DNA of 60,542 nt, counting the filler, from Jimgerdemannia flammicorona (Eukaryota): NCBI GenBank assembly GCA_003990765.1. It is 3 parts of 3 records of this genome, joined end to end, with 100 filler letters (N's around TTAATTAATTAA, not from the genome) between each part and the next. Parts side by side here need not be neighbours in the genome. Positions count along the whole stretch, not along the records: positions 20,217 to 40,331 come from RBNJ01001757.1; 2 more parts are not named here. The stretch is one strand, 5' to 3'. A model generated the notes under the pieces. It searched no databases and was not told the DNA's origin. It worked only from the letters and a program-made list of their open reading frames with translations. Positions 25,451 to 38,784 of this stretch are shown here, piece after piece. Numbering within the stretch: position 1 is the first letter of the stretch; each line of letters begins with the position of its first letter. A program made the position numbers and the translations under genes.

Positions 25451-28359
25451 ACTGAGATTTTAATTGATAAAAAAATATTTTATAAATAAAATATAAATAT
25501 TAAAATTCTCGAATTATTGCCTATTCTATGTTTTTATAATAGAAATAGAAATATTTTTAGATTATACTAATTAAATTTGGATATTTTAGCAGTAATTATA
25601 ACTAATAACCTTATTCTACTATTTACTATATTTGATTTAGTATATAGCTACTTATAAGTATAGTATAATTTAGAGTGATCTTAGATATATTATAACTTAG
25701 ACAATATCTGTATAAGATAAAGATAGCTCTATAACTCTATAAAGAGATGTCTGCTAAACAATATTACAGATCCAGAATTTGCCATCAATATCTAGTATAA
25801 TATACTGGCTTAATAGAGATAAATTATAAAGTTATAACTACTATATAGATTAGCTTGAGCCCTCAGTTGATTATATATCATTTTCTTTTATTATTTTATT
25901 TTATAGGTTAAATATCATGTCCAGCTATCTGCCATAATATTCTATCCTTTATTAATTTATTTTATTAGTTATATTATATCTAGCTATCTACTTTAGTAAT
26001 TTTATCTCTTTTTATTATAGATTAACTAATATATTAACCTTTTATCATTCTAATTATATAGATTATAATGGAATCTGATATCAGAAAACTTTCAACATCC
26101 TTGTATTATATGTGCAGTCATAGTGATCAAGTTTTTGAAATCTATAATATTATAGGATACCTTAATATAATATATATTAATCATAATGATAGTAATAAGA
26201 AATTACCACTCTATACTTCTGAAATACTCAAAAATACAAAGATATATGTATTCTATATATAATAAAACTGATGTCAGTATGATCTTTTTAATTAGTTATA
26301 TATATATATAATATTATTATAATTAGAAATTATCTCTTTATTAAATTGGAATCAAGTATGATACTAATATCAAAGTAGATATTCAGTCATTAGAGTTTAG
26401 TGAAATAGTATAGAATACTATCATGGAGGCTATAAATAGTATATTTGTAGGATACCATATAAGTGTTTATTTGAAGAGAGATTGAGGAAGATTTGTAATA
26501 TTATTATTATTAATTATTAATTTTATCTATTGTTTATTTATATATATAAAGTAAGACAAAAAATTCAATTATTTATATATCTTTAATAGTAGCAACTTTT
26601 TTTAACAATATATTTAAGATATATATTTTAAATAGTATTCTGATATATAAATAGCTAATTATAAATATATATATAAATGAAGCTGGAGACTTTTGATTTG
26701 AGTAAGATAGTATAGTCACTTGCTAAAGTATAGTAAGTAATTATATATATTTGTATTCATATATTTATAATTCATCTAAATCTAATTTGAATTATAATTA
26801 TAATTTTTTTATACTCTCTTAAAGTTGTCTATATATAGTGATATCAAACTCATTCTTTTTATCTATAATACTGTGATATATTCTAAAAATAATAATAAGA
26901 AACAAAAATCAAATATATATATATCAATTGTAGATATTATTTGAAAATTAGTCTCTTTTGGAATTATTGTTATATCTATATATATAATGTCAATTATCTA
27001 TATTGTTTTTATATAGTTACTATTAGCTATGCTTTACTATTTACTCAATATAATTGAGAGTCTACTAGAATAATATATACTTTAATATAGTCAATTAAAG
27101 ACTATGAATTCCAATACTTATCTCTTGTTAAATTGGTAATTATAAGGTTCAATAGCTTTAATGAGAAAGATAAGATACTAGTTTTGGTTCTAAAGATAGG
27201 ATAGAAAATATATATATATCAAAAGATAATATCTTATACTAATAAACATTCTCATGTACATAAATATCAGAATGAGTTTTATATAGATATTAGAGAATAT
27301 GAAAATAAATACTATATTATATACATTTTTAGATATAATGCACCTAGGGTAGTTATTTAACTATTGAAATTTTTATCATTTTATTAATAAATATATTTGA
27401 TTTCTCTATTAGAATTTGCTATTAGTAACTAGATAGTTTGGAGTAGTTAAATCAAACATTTTATCACTAAATATAAATAAGCTACAAAAAAACATACTAT
27501 TCAAATTACTCAAATATTATAGTAGGTATATATACCAGATAGTCATGAGTATAATAAGTAGTCAAAAATATCCCAGACTATTTAAGACTGCTTTACTATA
27601 CCAATCTGTATAAATAAACAGATACAACAAATTAGGAATTGATCTTGAACAGAACCTATATATAGTATAGAGTCTGTATACTATACAGAATCTGTATACT
27701 TGTACTAGACCTAAATATCCTATCTAAAATAGTTATGTTATAATTAGCCACATAGCAACCTGGTAGTAATAAATCTATATAAAATATCTCAGAGATAAGA
27801 GTGAATAAACCTTTGTCTAAAATTGAAACCAAAATACAAAAGACAAGTCTGCCTACTATACTTTAAGGGATATATTGGCTAAAAGCCACTTGATCCTAAA
27901 GAAATTAGATTGTAACACTTAGAAGAAATATCTGCTCTATAGTTACTACTAGGAGATTGTAAGTCTAGTTCTCTTTTTTACTCTGGTATACTTTCTAATA
28001 TAAAGAAGAGAAGTCTGCCATATTTTGATCTACTTGTCAAATAAGTCTAAAGTCTATCTTAATACAAAACCAGTTTATCTGATGCAACTTTATAGTAGAG
28101 CCAGTTCTTTAATATAACTCAGCATAAATAAAACCAGTCTTTAACATAACTTTACTAAGAAGAAAATCCAAGTTATTATTCAAGAAATCTACTGATTCAG
28201 GAAGAATTTGTATCAAACTGAGTTATCTGAGTTATCCAAGCTATCCATCATCTAAGTTATTCAAGAAGTCTACTGATTCAGAGGAATCCTTACTAAACTA
28301 AGTTATATTACAAAATCATCATATAGAAATTACATATTTTTGAAAACAAGATTATCACA

Positions 28360-30500
28360 AAGTATCTATTGAGTGACTAATTCAAAGAAATAGAATAAAG
28401 GAGATTTTGAAGTATAAAATATTGAATATAGATAAGGGTTGAAGTAGGGTGAGTTTGGCTATATAGAAGTATGCACCTCTAAGGTCCACCATATATATTA
28501 ATAAAGAAGCCTTCTTTTATTATATTCTATTAAAAGAAATAAATGTGAGAGTTGTGTAAAACTGATTATAAATACTAGTGACTAATTGTAACTTAGTATA
28601 GTATATGCTTAACTAGCTGAGATATAATGAATACTTGGTTACTAAACAGATTGTAATAAACACTAAGACTTACTAAGATTGGTGTATTTTTAAAATAATA
28701 CTATATAAACTTAGCTAAACTAAGTCCTGTCCTGGTATTAATAGCCAAGAGCTGAGGAGAAATTGTATGATTGTTCTATATAATGTTAAATAGCTCTCAG
28801 CCACTTTGCTGAAGTTTGAATTATATTCATAATTATATCAAAGTATCTATCAAGTAACTAATTTAAAGAAATAAGATAAAGAAGATTGTAAAGTATAAAA
28901 TATTGAATATGAATAAGTAATAAAATAGAGTAGGTTTGACTATATAAAAGTATGTACCTCTAAGGCCTACCATTTATATTAACAAAAGGGTCAAATACAA
29001 TAGATCTAGGAAGTGGTTTTTAGGCTCCTAATAGTACTGTAACTTATGGGTAAAATTTGACCATTACCAGCCAAACTCATGACCTACTGAAGATCAGATA
29101 GAGGGAGTCCTATTAATGTTATCACAGTTTTGAGGAGAATATAGTTAAGGTGCCTAATGTAGCAGAGAAATGCAGTGGATTTCCAGTAGTCAGCAAGTTG
29201 AATAATATAATCAGAATAGTCAGTAGCTATCAGAAGAGTGGTACCATCAATGCAAAAGAAGTGACCATGAATACCAATGGCTAGGAAGATGCCTGTGAGT
29301 AGAGATCAAATCACTTCAATAAATATAAATTGAGAAAATGATTGGCCTGACTAAGGCAAAAGGTGGGGTCATGAGATTAAGCTGGGAGAATATAGACTAT
29401 ATTGTCAATTACAGTATATAAGCAATTGAAGGTACTAGAGAAGTTAAGGAAGACATCACCCACTATATCTGTTTTTGTTTAGAGAAGATGTAGAGTCCAG
29501 AATGATTGAGAAAGGGTGTCATCCCATTAGTTGTGAAGATGGCAATGACAAATTTGTCAATTTGGATTAAATACAGAGTCATCTTGAGTAGTGAATTCAT
29601 CAAATACATTAGACTATAAAAGGCAGAGCATACTACTACCCAAATAGTAGTAATGAAAAGAGTATCTATATGGAGAGAGAGATAGATAGACCAGAGATAT
29701 TAGCATATAATGGGAAGCTGGTCAAGAGGGCTGAATAGTAGTAGGTGGGTCTGAATAGACTTCATAATAGTATTGAAGAGGGGTAGAGAAAGACACTAAA
29801 GTAGAGAACTATATCAGTGAGCCACCTGATAGGCCATGAGGTCATAGAAGTAGTTCTTGATGGTAGAGTAGGACTTGCCATATTGGACAAGCCAAAGAGT
29901 CCAATATCTAAGTAGTTCATCTTGAGAGAGAAAGCAGCAGTCTCTACAATATTGCAGAAGTTGAGGAATCAGTATAGAGAATTGGTGTCTGACTAGAAGT
30001 TATCTATTTGAGTATAAGTGCTAGTAGAGACAGATGTTGAATTGATAGTGAAGCTAAAGGGAGATGTGACTAATATAGGCAGTAGATCCTATATATAGAG
30101 AAAATATATAGTAAGATAAGGAATCTGCAGAGTTAGATACTAAAGGGATATAATGAGCTTGAATTTCAAATCCAATTTTGAGATATAAGAGAATGATATA
30201 ATAAAGTAAATCATTAACAAGAGGATGATGGTGTACCTGACTGCTGGTCAATGATTTAACATAGGGCTGGCTATCACACCAGAGAATGATATGTTGAGAA
30301 TAAAACAAAGAGCCCTAGAGTACTAATAAGACCCAAATGGTAAACCTTTCCTTCTAGAATATGTCATAGTTATTCTGATCTAAGAAGGAGAAAGTCTAAT
30401 AAGTACTCTATCAGTATTGGTCCAGCAGATCACTAGTACTAAGTATTCTAGATATATCTGTAAATAGACCACACTTGAGCCATCTGGGCTATAGTCATTG
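28360..30500 (-). mobile_element. Ngaro-type retroelement 3' half: RNase H, tyrosine recombinase and split direct repeats
   Basis: RNase H LFTD.S...IILWCDSQ...AHYIPLVSNSADSLS (30470-30110). YR C-terminus GHFFCIDGTT...IIQLADYWKSTAFLCYIR (29275-29150) is a decayed GHSFRIGGAT...GRWKS.AF..YIR. Direct repeats at 28840-28990 and 28360-28510. Confidence 0.88.
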
Positions 30501-30624
30501 TTCTTAACTTAATAAAGTCTAGTATCTTAATAGTCAGATTATTGAGATAGTGCAGAGTGGTAACAGTTACTTGTGTTGTTGTTTGGGGTTTTCAGTTAGG
30601 GCAGATACTGATCATGTATTCTGT

Positions 30625-33600
30625 GTCCTTTCTCTAGTAATATTCAGGTTATACAACCTTTTGACAATACTTTCAACACAGTTTCTAGAGAAAAGCGACT
30701 AGTATTATAGCAATCAATAAGCATCTCAAAATGTGTACTGAGCAGGGTGGCCCAGGTGCTTTCAACTGGCAGTATGTGGGGAGGGGCCCTGGCTTGGGGG
30801 GAAGCATGAGGGGCCTGCTGGTGGGAGGACATAATAGGGGAGGGGGCAGTGCTGGAGGCCAGGGGACAGGAAGAGTGAACTTCATGGAGAAGATGAAGGG
30901 GGGGCAGCAGAGAGCTGGGCTGGAGAGTTGGCTGAGGGGGGGGAAGGTGATGGCAAAGATTGCAGGGCAGCAGCCTCCTGGGGGAGTCTCTCTGGGGGGC
31001 CAGGGTGGTGGGACTGGTAGCATAGGGGCTGAGGAGATGACTGCTGATGAGAGCATGACTGACAATTAGGAAAAAAATCTAGATGAGACTACTGATGGTG
31101 GACTGAGCAGTGGGAAAGGTGTGAGGCCTAGTAATCTGATAGATAGTATAATAGGACTGGCAGTGGCACTGTTACTCAAGAAATTGATCTCAGAGTTCAC
31201 AGTTACCTTGTGCTTCCGGGGCTTGGCAGTGACAGCAAAAATGATCTTGGGGCTGATTGCCAAGCAGATAGCTAGAGTAGTATCCATGAAGTTCCTGAAG
31301 GAACTGAAAGGAGTAGAGGTGGGCTTTAAGGAAGCTGGACTATTAGAGAAGGTGCTGAAGATGAGGTTGATGGTTAGAGAGGTGTATGATCCAATGGTGT
31401 GCTGCCTGAGGTGGGACCCCAGAGTGGTGCAATTGCTGTTGAAGGAGGTGCCTAGAGTGATGGCTGAGGAGACAAGGAGGAGAGTTGTGGATATTATGGC
31501 AGATTATAGAGAAGTGGTTGATGTTGGGTTCTGGGTCTGAGATGGGATCTCATTCAGGACTAGAGATATAGATGTTTGAATTTGATTGGCAGAGAAGAAA
31601 GCTACTGAGAAGACTAGGGACTGGTCTTCAGTAATAGTCTGAGAGGCTTTTCTGTGCAAGGTGATGAGGGTGAAGAGGAGTGAGGAGGAGGAAGAGGACC
31701 TGCTGAAGGTGTTGGAAGAGCTGAGTAGTGCTATAGAGAAGAGGGCTAAGGCTTGGAAGGTGTATGTTGAGTTGATGCATTTGGAAGTAGTGGATGGAAA
31801 GAAGATGCAGGTCAATAAGGGGTGGTGGGAAAGATCCCAAGGATGTAAGAGACAGAGAGGGCTATTGGCAAAGCTGGAAAGCAGAGTGAAGGCAGATACT
31901 AGTGGCATTGAAATTAAAGGGAGAGCCAAGGAGAGCATCTGGAGAGAGAATACAGGGAAGGGGCCAGGAGAGAGAGAGGAGGTGAAGAGTAATGACCCTT
32001 ATGTAAATGATACCTTTGAGGTTTGGGAGCCATCCCTATCCCTTATACCACTTATCAGATAAGGCCCAGCTTTGAGAGACAGAGTGGCAGAGGATGTACC
32101 CATACAGAGAGTCCAGAGGATATACTTTGGAGTTTCTGAGATAGCAAAGGGGGGGCAGGTGGTGGCAGTGAGTGAGGATGAACTAGTGGATGTTCAAGAG
32201 GAGGAGTGGAATGAGGCTGTGAGCATGGGAGCTGATATCTCAATGCTGGATGGAGAGAGGCCAGTAACTCCCAGAGAGAAGGAGGTGGGAAATCTGCTGT
32301 CGATATACAAGATGATGAACAACTTTATGGTAGAGCAGCTAGGGGAGGTGGACCTGCAAGTGATGAGTAACAAGTATTGGGCTCATGTCCTGTATAGTGA
32401 GGGAGTGATAGAAGTGCTGAAGGCAGAGATTCTTGCAATTTACCTGGAGGAGGAAGGATATGAGGTTGATAAGGAGAGGGAGACTGAGTTGGCAGTTATT
32501 GCTAGTGAAAGGACTGCTTTTTGTTAGGCAGAACAGCATGGACTACAGCTATGGCAGGAGGTCTGCCTGGAGTATCATGATGAATTTGAGGAGAAGGAAG
32601 ATGGGGAGCTTAAGGAACTTCTGGCTGAATTAGAGAAAAATAGGATTGTAGAGGAGGAGAAAGCTGCAGAACATAATTTGGATCTGGCTCAGGATGAGAG
32701 GAATATGGAGTAGTAGAGAATACACTTATTTTTATACATTATTCCTTATGAATAGTACAACTAATATTTTTTCTCTAAATATGAATGGGCTCTGGGGTTC
32801 TTTTTACAGATGAAACATTTTTGCTTGGCTGAAAGGATTGAAGGCTGATCTCTTTCTTTTACAGGATATCAGGTGTGAAGATGATTCAGATAGACTGAAA
32901 TAGACAAAGAAATGGAGAGGGGAGGCAGTTTGGAAGAGCAAGGTTGGGATTCTGGTCAGAAAGGGTAGAGGAGAGATTTGGGATATACAGAACTGGGGAG
33001 ACAGACTGGTTTGGGGGAAGTAGATTTGCACTGGTTGGGAACTAGTTATAGTTGAATCCTACTACTATCCTGTAGTGAGGGGCAAGTATGTAGAGTGAGT
33101 GAAGGGTCTCCAGGAGGAGAGAATGCTAGCAGAGGCTGGAGTAGATATACTTGGAGGAGACTTTAATATGGTCAGAGATGCACTGTTGGATAGAACTGAT
33201 GGAGGGCAGGAGACAGAGAGAAGGAGTAGAGGTTTGGAGGTATGAGAGGAAGTTGAGAGGCTGAGTGCTTTGGTGGATGCTGGCAGGGAGTTATGGGGTG
33301 ACAGAAGGGTATACACATACTGAGCAAGTGATCTGGGGATGAGGATTGACTGGATTTTGACAGTGAACTGCTGGGGTGTGGATGTGTGGAGGTCTCTGGA
33401 GGTGGAATGGTGTCTGTGGTCAGATCATTGGGGATTGCTAGGACAGGGCCATTTTGGGGAGAGTGGGGATGGATCAGGACATTGGTACCTCAACTCCTCC
33501 CTGTTAAACATTGTGGTTCTGTGGAATAAGTGGGCTGAGGATATTCAGCAGTAGGTAGAGGAGTAGATACAGGAAGGTGCCTCAGTTGGTATTTGATGGA

Positions 33601-36493
33601 TGAGGCTAAAGGAGGCTGCTAGGATCTATTGGAGAGAGGTAGGTGTAGTAGCTGGGAAATAGAGAAGGAAGAAGAGGTTGTGGGCTTCTGCTAGGCTGAT
33701 GAGGTTGCTAGAAGATTGAGCAGATTTGGTGGCCCTGGAGGAGGTAGAGGATTGGAGATCACTATGGGTGAAGAAAGAGGTTGTAGAGTTGCAATAGGTA
33801 TTGCAGAAGGAGGAGGAAGTATGGGTGTAGAGTATGACAGTACATCTCCATTGGCAGGGACTAGAGGAAGGAGAGAGGCTCTCTAAGTTTCTCATGAGAG
33901 CCCTTTGGGTAAGGAGGGTTCAGCAGAGATGGGCAGGGGTTCTTGACTCTGAAGGGACATTGGTACATAGTATATAGGACATTTTCCAGTTATTGAAGGA
34001 GCAGTGGAGTGGTTTGTGGAGTAAGAAGAAGGGTAGGGTGGATGAGGTTATTATTGGTCATACCTTAGAGGATTAGTACCTACTACAGACAGAAGGGCTG
34101 GGTGATCTGGTGATGCCAGTACAGGAGGAGAAGATTTGGCAGGTTCTTGCTGTGACTATGCTAGGTATAGCACCAGATGAGGATGGCCTGCCCTGGGCTT
34201 TCTGGAAGAAGATAGTGGACATTCTCAGTATGCTGAGAGAACTGAGAGTACTCTGTAACTTGGTACTAAAGTCTGGGAGATAGGTAGGAGAGCAGGATCT
34301 GGGGCTTGTGACACTGCTGTATATGTATAAGGGCAGGAGAGAGGACTGGAGGAACTGGAGGTCAATTATGCTACTGGATATAGACAGAAAGCTGATTACT
34401 AAGATAGTAGTAGTGAGGCTGCAGAAGGTGGCCCAGCAGGTCTTGGGGGTAGAATAATGGGCATTTATTGGTGGCCACCTTATTCAGAATGGCATGGCTT
34501 TGGTATATGGTGTTATTGAAGGGGCACAGGCCTGTGGATTGAATGGGTGTCTGGTCTTCTTGGATCAGGAGAAGGCTTATGACCATGTTTAGAGAGTCTG
34601 GTTGGCTAAGATACTGGACAGGATTGGAGTCCCTCATCAGTTCCAAGTAGCTATGGTCAGCTTGTTGGAAGGGAGCAGGGCTGCACTCATGTATAATAGA
34701 CACCAAGAGGTGGTATTCCCTCTAGGTAGAGGTGTTCTCCAGGGGGATCCACTGTCTCCCATTTTGTATATACTCTCTCTGGAACTCTTAATGGATAGGA
34801 TTCAGCAGAAGATAGGAGGGCTTTCAGTTTACAGTATTGAGTAAAAAGTTGGTGCCTTTGTAGATAATATGGTGGTTAGCCTGGATTTATTTGCTGATGT
34901 TGTGGAGCTCAAGGAAACTGTGGAGTGATATAAGGCATACTCTGGGGCTAAACTCAACTGGCATAAGTGTAAAACAATAGTGCTAGGTAATGGCCTGGTA
35001 GGGAGAGAGGTCATTGGAACAATTGTCCCTGCTATTGAGGCAGTGAGATACTTGGGCATCTATCTGTCAGTATATGGGGCTGTTCTTCCAAAACTCTGGT
35101 GGGAGCAGCAAGTGATAACCTGGGAGAAGGTCTTGTAAAGCTGGAGAGGCCACTATATATCACTGGCAGGATGTGTTTTCATCTTGAATACTTACTGGCT
35201 GCTAAAGTTGTGGTATCTGGCATATCATCTGGACTTCCCAGCCTGGGTGGTGAAGAGACTGTTGAAACTGACCAAGGGGTGGATCTGGGCAGGGAGGAGG
35301 AGTCAGATTAGCTGGAAAATTTTGGCCTTACTGGTGACTAGAGGGGGACTTGGACTGGTTGACTTCCCAAAGAGGCTATACTGCCTAAGAGTATGGTGGC
35401 TGAAGAGAGCTGTTGAGCTGGGGGAAGACAGCTGGACTCCTCTATTGAAGAAGGTCTGAGAGATGAGATCCTCACTGAGAGGATCTACAGGGAATCTTTT
35501 GGCCTTGGTTGGGCTGCAGAACAATGGCCACATATAGTTTAAGGGCTTCTGGTGGAGAGTCACTAATGGGACATATTACATTGACATTCATTAGTAGAGT
35601 GATGAAGGAGAAGAGCCTTGGGGCTCAGTGATGTGGAGGTGGGACCAAGTGTTGCTGGGGAGTGTCCCTCTTGGTGACTTTGATATTAGTAATAGGATTG
35701 AGTACCAGAGAGAATTGGAGAAAGATCTGTGGTCCAGCAGATAGCAGTTGGTGGGTATTGGTGAAGAGTGGGACTGGAACAGAATCTAGAGCTAGAGTGC
35801 TGAGGTTTAGTAGTGGCTGCCACTGAAGTATTAGGTAGCCTGGTGGTGCATATTGAGGAGGAATATCATGCTCAACTTTTGCTCTGGCCATCTGGTAGAA
35901 GGGGGAATTTTTGACTATGAGAAGTGCTATAATGTTGGATAAGAAGAGGGCTTTGTACAGATGTCTGAACATTGGCTAGGAGAGTACAAGATACTTAGTG
36001 ACTTCTGGATAGAGGTTGGGAAGCAGTTGGATGTCATGTAGTGAGGGGATGGTGTGAGGGATTGGTGGAAGAATCTGCAAGATAGATTGATGGGAGGAGT
36101 TTGGAGGGAATAGCTTATATTAGGATGGGTGCTAGCTGTATGGATAGGGCTAGTGGAGTACTGACTATATATGTTTGAGAATAAGAGATATCTGGGCTTA
36201 GAGGCATGACTGTTGCAATGAAAAGAACTGATAGAGGACACTCTGATGGGCTGGTGGCTTGGGTAGGAACTGCAGGGTGGTTGGTAGTATCATTTGATGG
36301 AGAAGATTTGTAGCCAGAGTAGGGGGAGGGTTGGAGTCATGGGAGATAGGGTGATTTTTAAGCATAAAGAGGTGGTGGGGGAGAGGGTCTTCTATGGAGA
36401 TTGGGTAGTAGGAGAAGATACTATATATTTACATATAAACTGGTAATAAATGGCAAGTCTGAGTAACTATAAAAAAAAAAAAAAAAAAAAAAA
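30625..36493 (+). mobile_element. Full-length L1/Tx1-like LINE copy C with TSD, degenerate
   Basis: 5' end GTCCTTTCTCTAGTAA, ORF1 about 30700-32714, ORF2 about 32748-36408, AATAAA near 36445, poly(A) 36471-36494. TSD atcatgtattctgt (30611-30624) / accatatattctgt (36494-36507). Confidence 0.95.
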
Positions 36494-36494
36494 A

Positions 36495-38721
36495 CCATAT
36501 ATTCTGTCCTTTAGCAATAGAAATACATATGCTCTACTTCTTTTAAGTCCATTTCTTTCTCCTTCAGTGAGTTTCTTAAAGGTACTTAGCTGGATAAGTT
36601 TAGAATTTTTGAGTATCTAAGAAGTAGATGTGAATGGGGCTCAGGATGATTTATGTTTGAGTTCTCTTTCTTAGTTCATGGTTTTTTCTTATTATGGAAG
36701 TTTTATGGCAGAATTGGTCTAGCTATTAGGATCTACTTGATCATAGTCTTAATTTTAGCTAGATGCTATTATTGTTGATTACAACTAACAGGATATTCTT
36801 ATTCTTGAAACTTTCTTATGAGCTATTCTGATAGTACATCAAATAAATGATATGCTCTTATACTATTTTGTGCTTTATAAATAGTGATATATTCTAGGCT
36901 AATAGTGTTCAGGAGTGACTTGAGTTTTGTACAGAAGGTTGTGAATTTCTCCTTGCTATATATATCAAATTTGAGGTTGTAGAGTTTAACTAAGGATTCA
37001 GCAATCAGAGTTTCACTATGATATTGTGCAATTATGAACTATTTGAGTCCAGGGACTACAGAGTGGTCTCTATTTAGAGGTATTATTTACTGTATTTTGA
37101 GTAATAACTATAGGTCAGATGTCTCATATGAGGGGTTTTTCTAAAAGGGTTCACCACTATTCTTTAGTAGGTTCTTGGAAGATTATAATAACTTAATAGA
37201 TATAAGCAGTGGTAGTAGTAAAGAGTTGTCAATAGTGAGATCTTAATTATTTGTTAAGAGGTAGCCAACAACTCCCTCATTGGTCTATTGATTAGCTTTG
37301 AAATTAGTATCTACTATATTAATAAAGCTTTCAACTTCTTATACAGTACTATTAAAGATAGATAGACTTAGGCTTTTTTTTGGCCAACTCTGTTCAGCTA
37401 GAGTAGTAATCATTGTTGCTATTATAACTATTTGGATTATAAGAACTAGAATTTGTTAGTTTGTATGTTGTTTACTAGAGGTAGTTGAACTACTGATAGT
37501 GGGTTACTAGTATAACTTAAAGTACTGGTGTAGAGTATAATGGTGTTCTTTGAGTCTGTATGAGTTTCAGGAGTAACTGTTATAGGTCTGGGGTAAGAGC
37601 TTGATAGATAACTGTCTGTTATTCTATGGATGTGTTTTGTCCTAAAGTAGGTACATCTTCAGCAGTATATTCAGAATTGAATTCAGTGAGATACTCCTCC
37701 TTCTCTTTACTTTAGTTGTTATATAGTTGGGTTTGTTTAGCATCAAAGTAGATAGTATCTATTGTATATCAGATTTCAGATAGGCTTAAATCAAAAGCTA
37801 GTTCTGGTTTTACTTTGGGTTCAGATAAGATTGTAGCTAGGCCTGCTTCTGGCTCAGAGTCTGATTATTGATGAAGAGTTTCCCTAACTTCTTCTTTAAG
37901 AATATAGTGAGTCTTGTAATTTTGAAAATGATAGTATAGAGTAGTCTTAGTACTAGTATGAAAATATTCAGTAGAGTTAAGTCACTTGGCTACAGAGACT
38001 TATATTTTATAATAGAAAGATAGCTGCTAGTTATCTTAGATCACTTGGATTTGTTAAACTTATAAAACTCTTATTGAGAAGAGTAAAGAAGACTTCTATA
38101 AGACCTTCTTCGTCCTGACTTACAGAGTGTAGAGTAAGGAGTTTGTTGAATAAAGTTATACCTATCTGCTGATTTAATTAAAGTTCTTCTTTATATGTAT
38201 AAAGCTTGTCTCACTTGTTATAGTTGTAGAGTTCTAATTGGCCTTATATGTCAGATTCAATTTACTCCAGATTATTAGATAGTTTGGGATAAATTTCTAT
38301 TTAGTGGTTGGGCTTTATACTAACTTGTAGGAATTTCTATTAATGGTTATAGATAAGTGAGCAAGTATCTTGAAGCAGAATTATATTGCAAACCACTCCT
38401 ATCAAGTTATAAGAGGGTACTCTATTAGAGTACCATTATGTAGTTCTAGAAGATTTTTCTAGAAGTTCTGAATATTGTGGAAGACTATTTTCTTTAAGGT
38501 CAAGATTAATTTCATATAGAGTATGTCCTTTATACTTATTGATTTCAAAATTGAGTTAATATCTCAACCAAAGTCCTTTCTCAGACTTATACTTGATGTT
38601 CAGAATTTTCTGTATTTTAGGAAGTTCAAGAAACTAAGACCAGTTTAGTTGAATTAGTATATTACTGCAGACAATATCCAATTAGAAAATTTCAGAATCT
38701 AGCTAGGAGTGAGACCTAATG
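36495..38721 (-). mobile_element. Gypsy 5' remnant: LTR (38408-38721), PBS-like site, gag; continues at about 30520-30610
   Basis: PBS-like ttgataggagtggt follows the LTR on the minus strand. Gag end FKKLTEGERNGLKR...FYC*RTEYMV|SICP is a zinc knuckle split by LINE C. Confidence 0.75.
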
Positions 38722-38784
38722 TTCAATGTCTCTATATCTCTATACATATCTGAATGGGATATATGTATATATGAATATATATAT

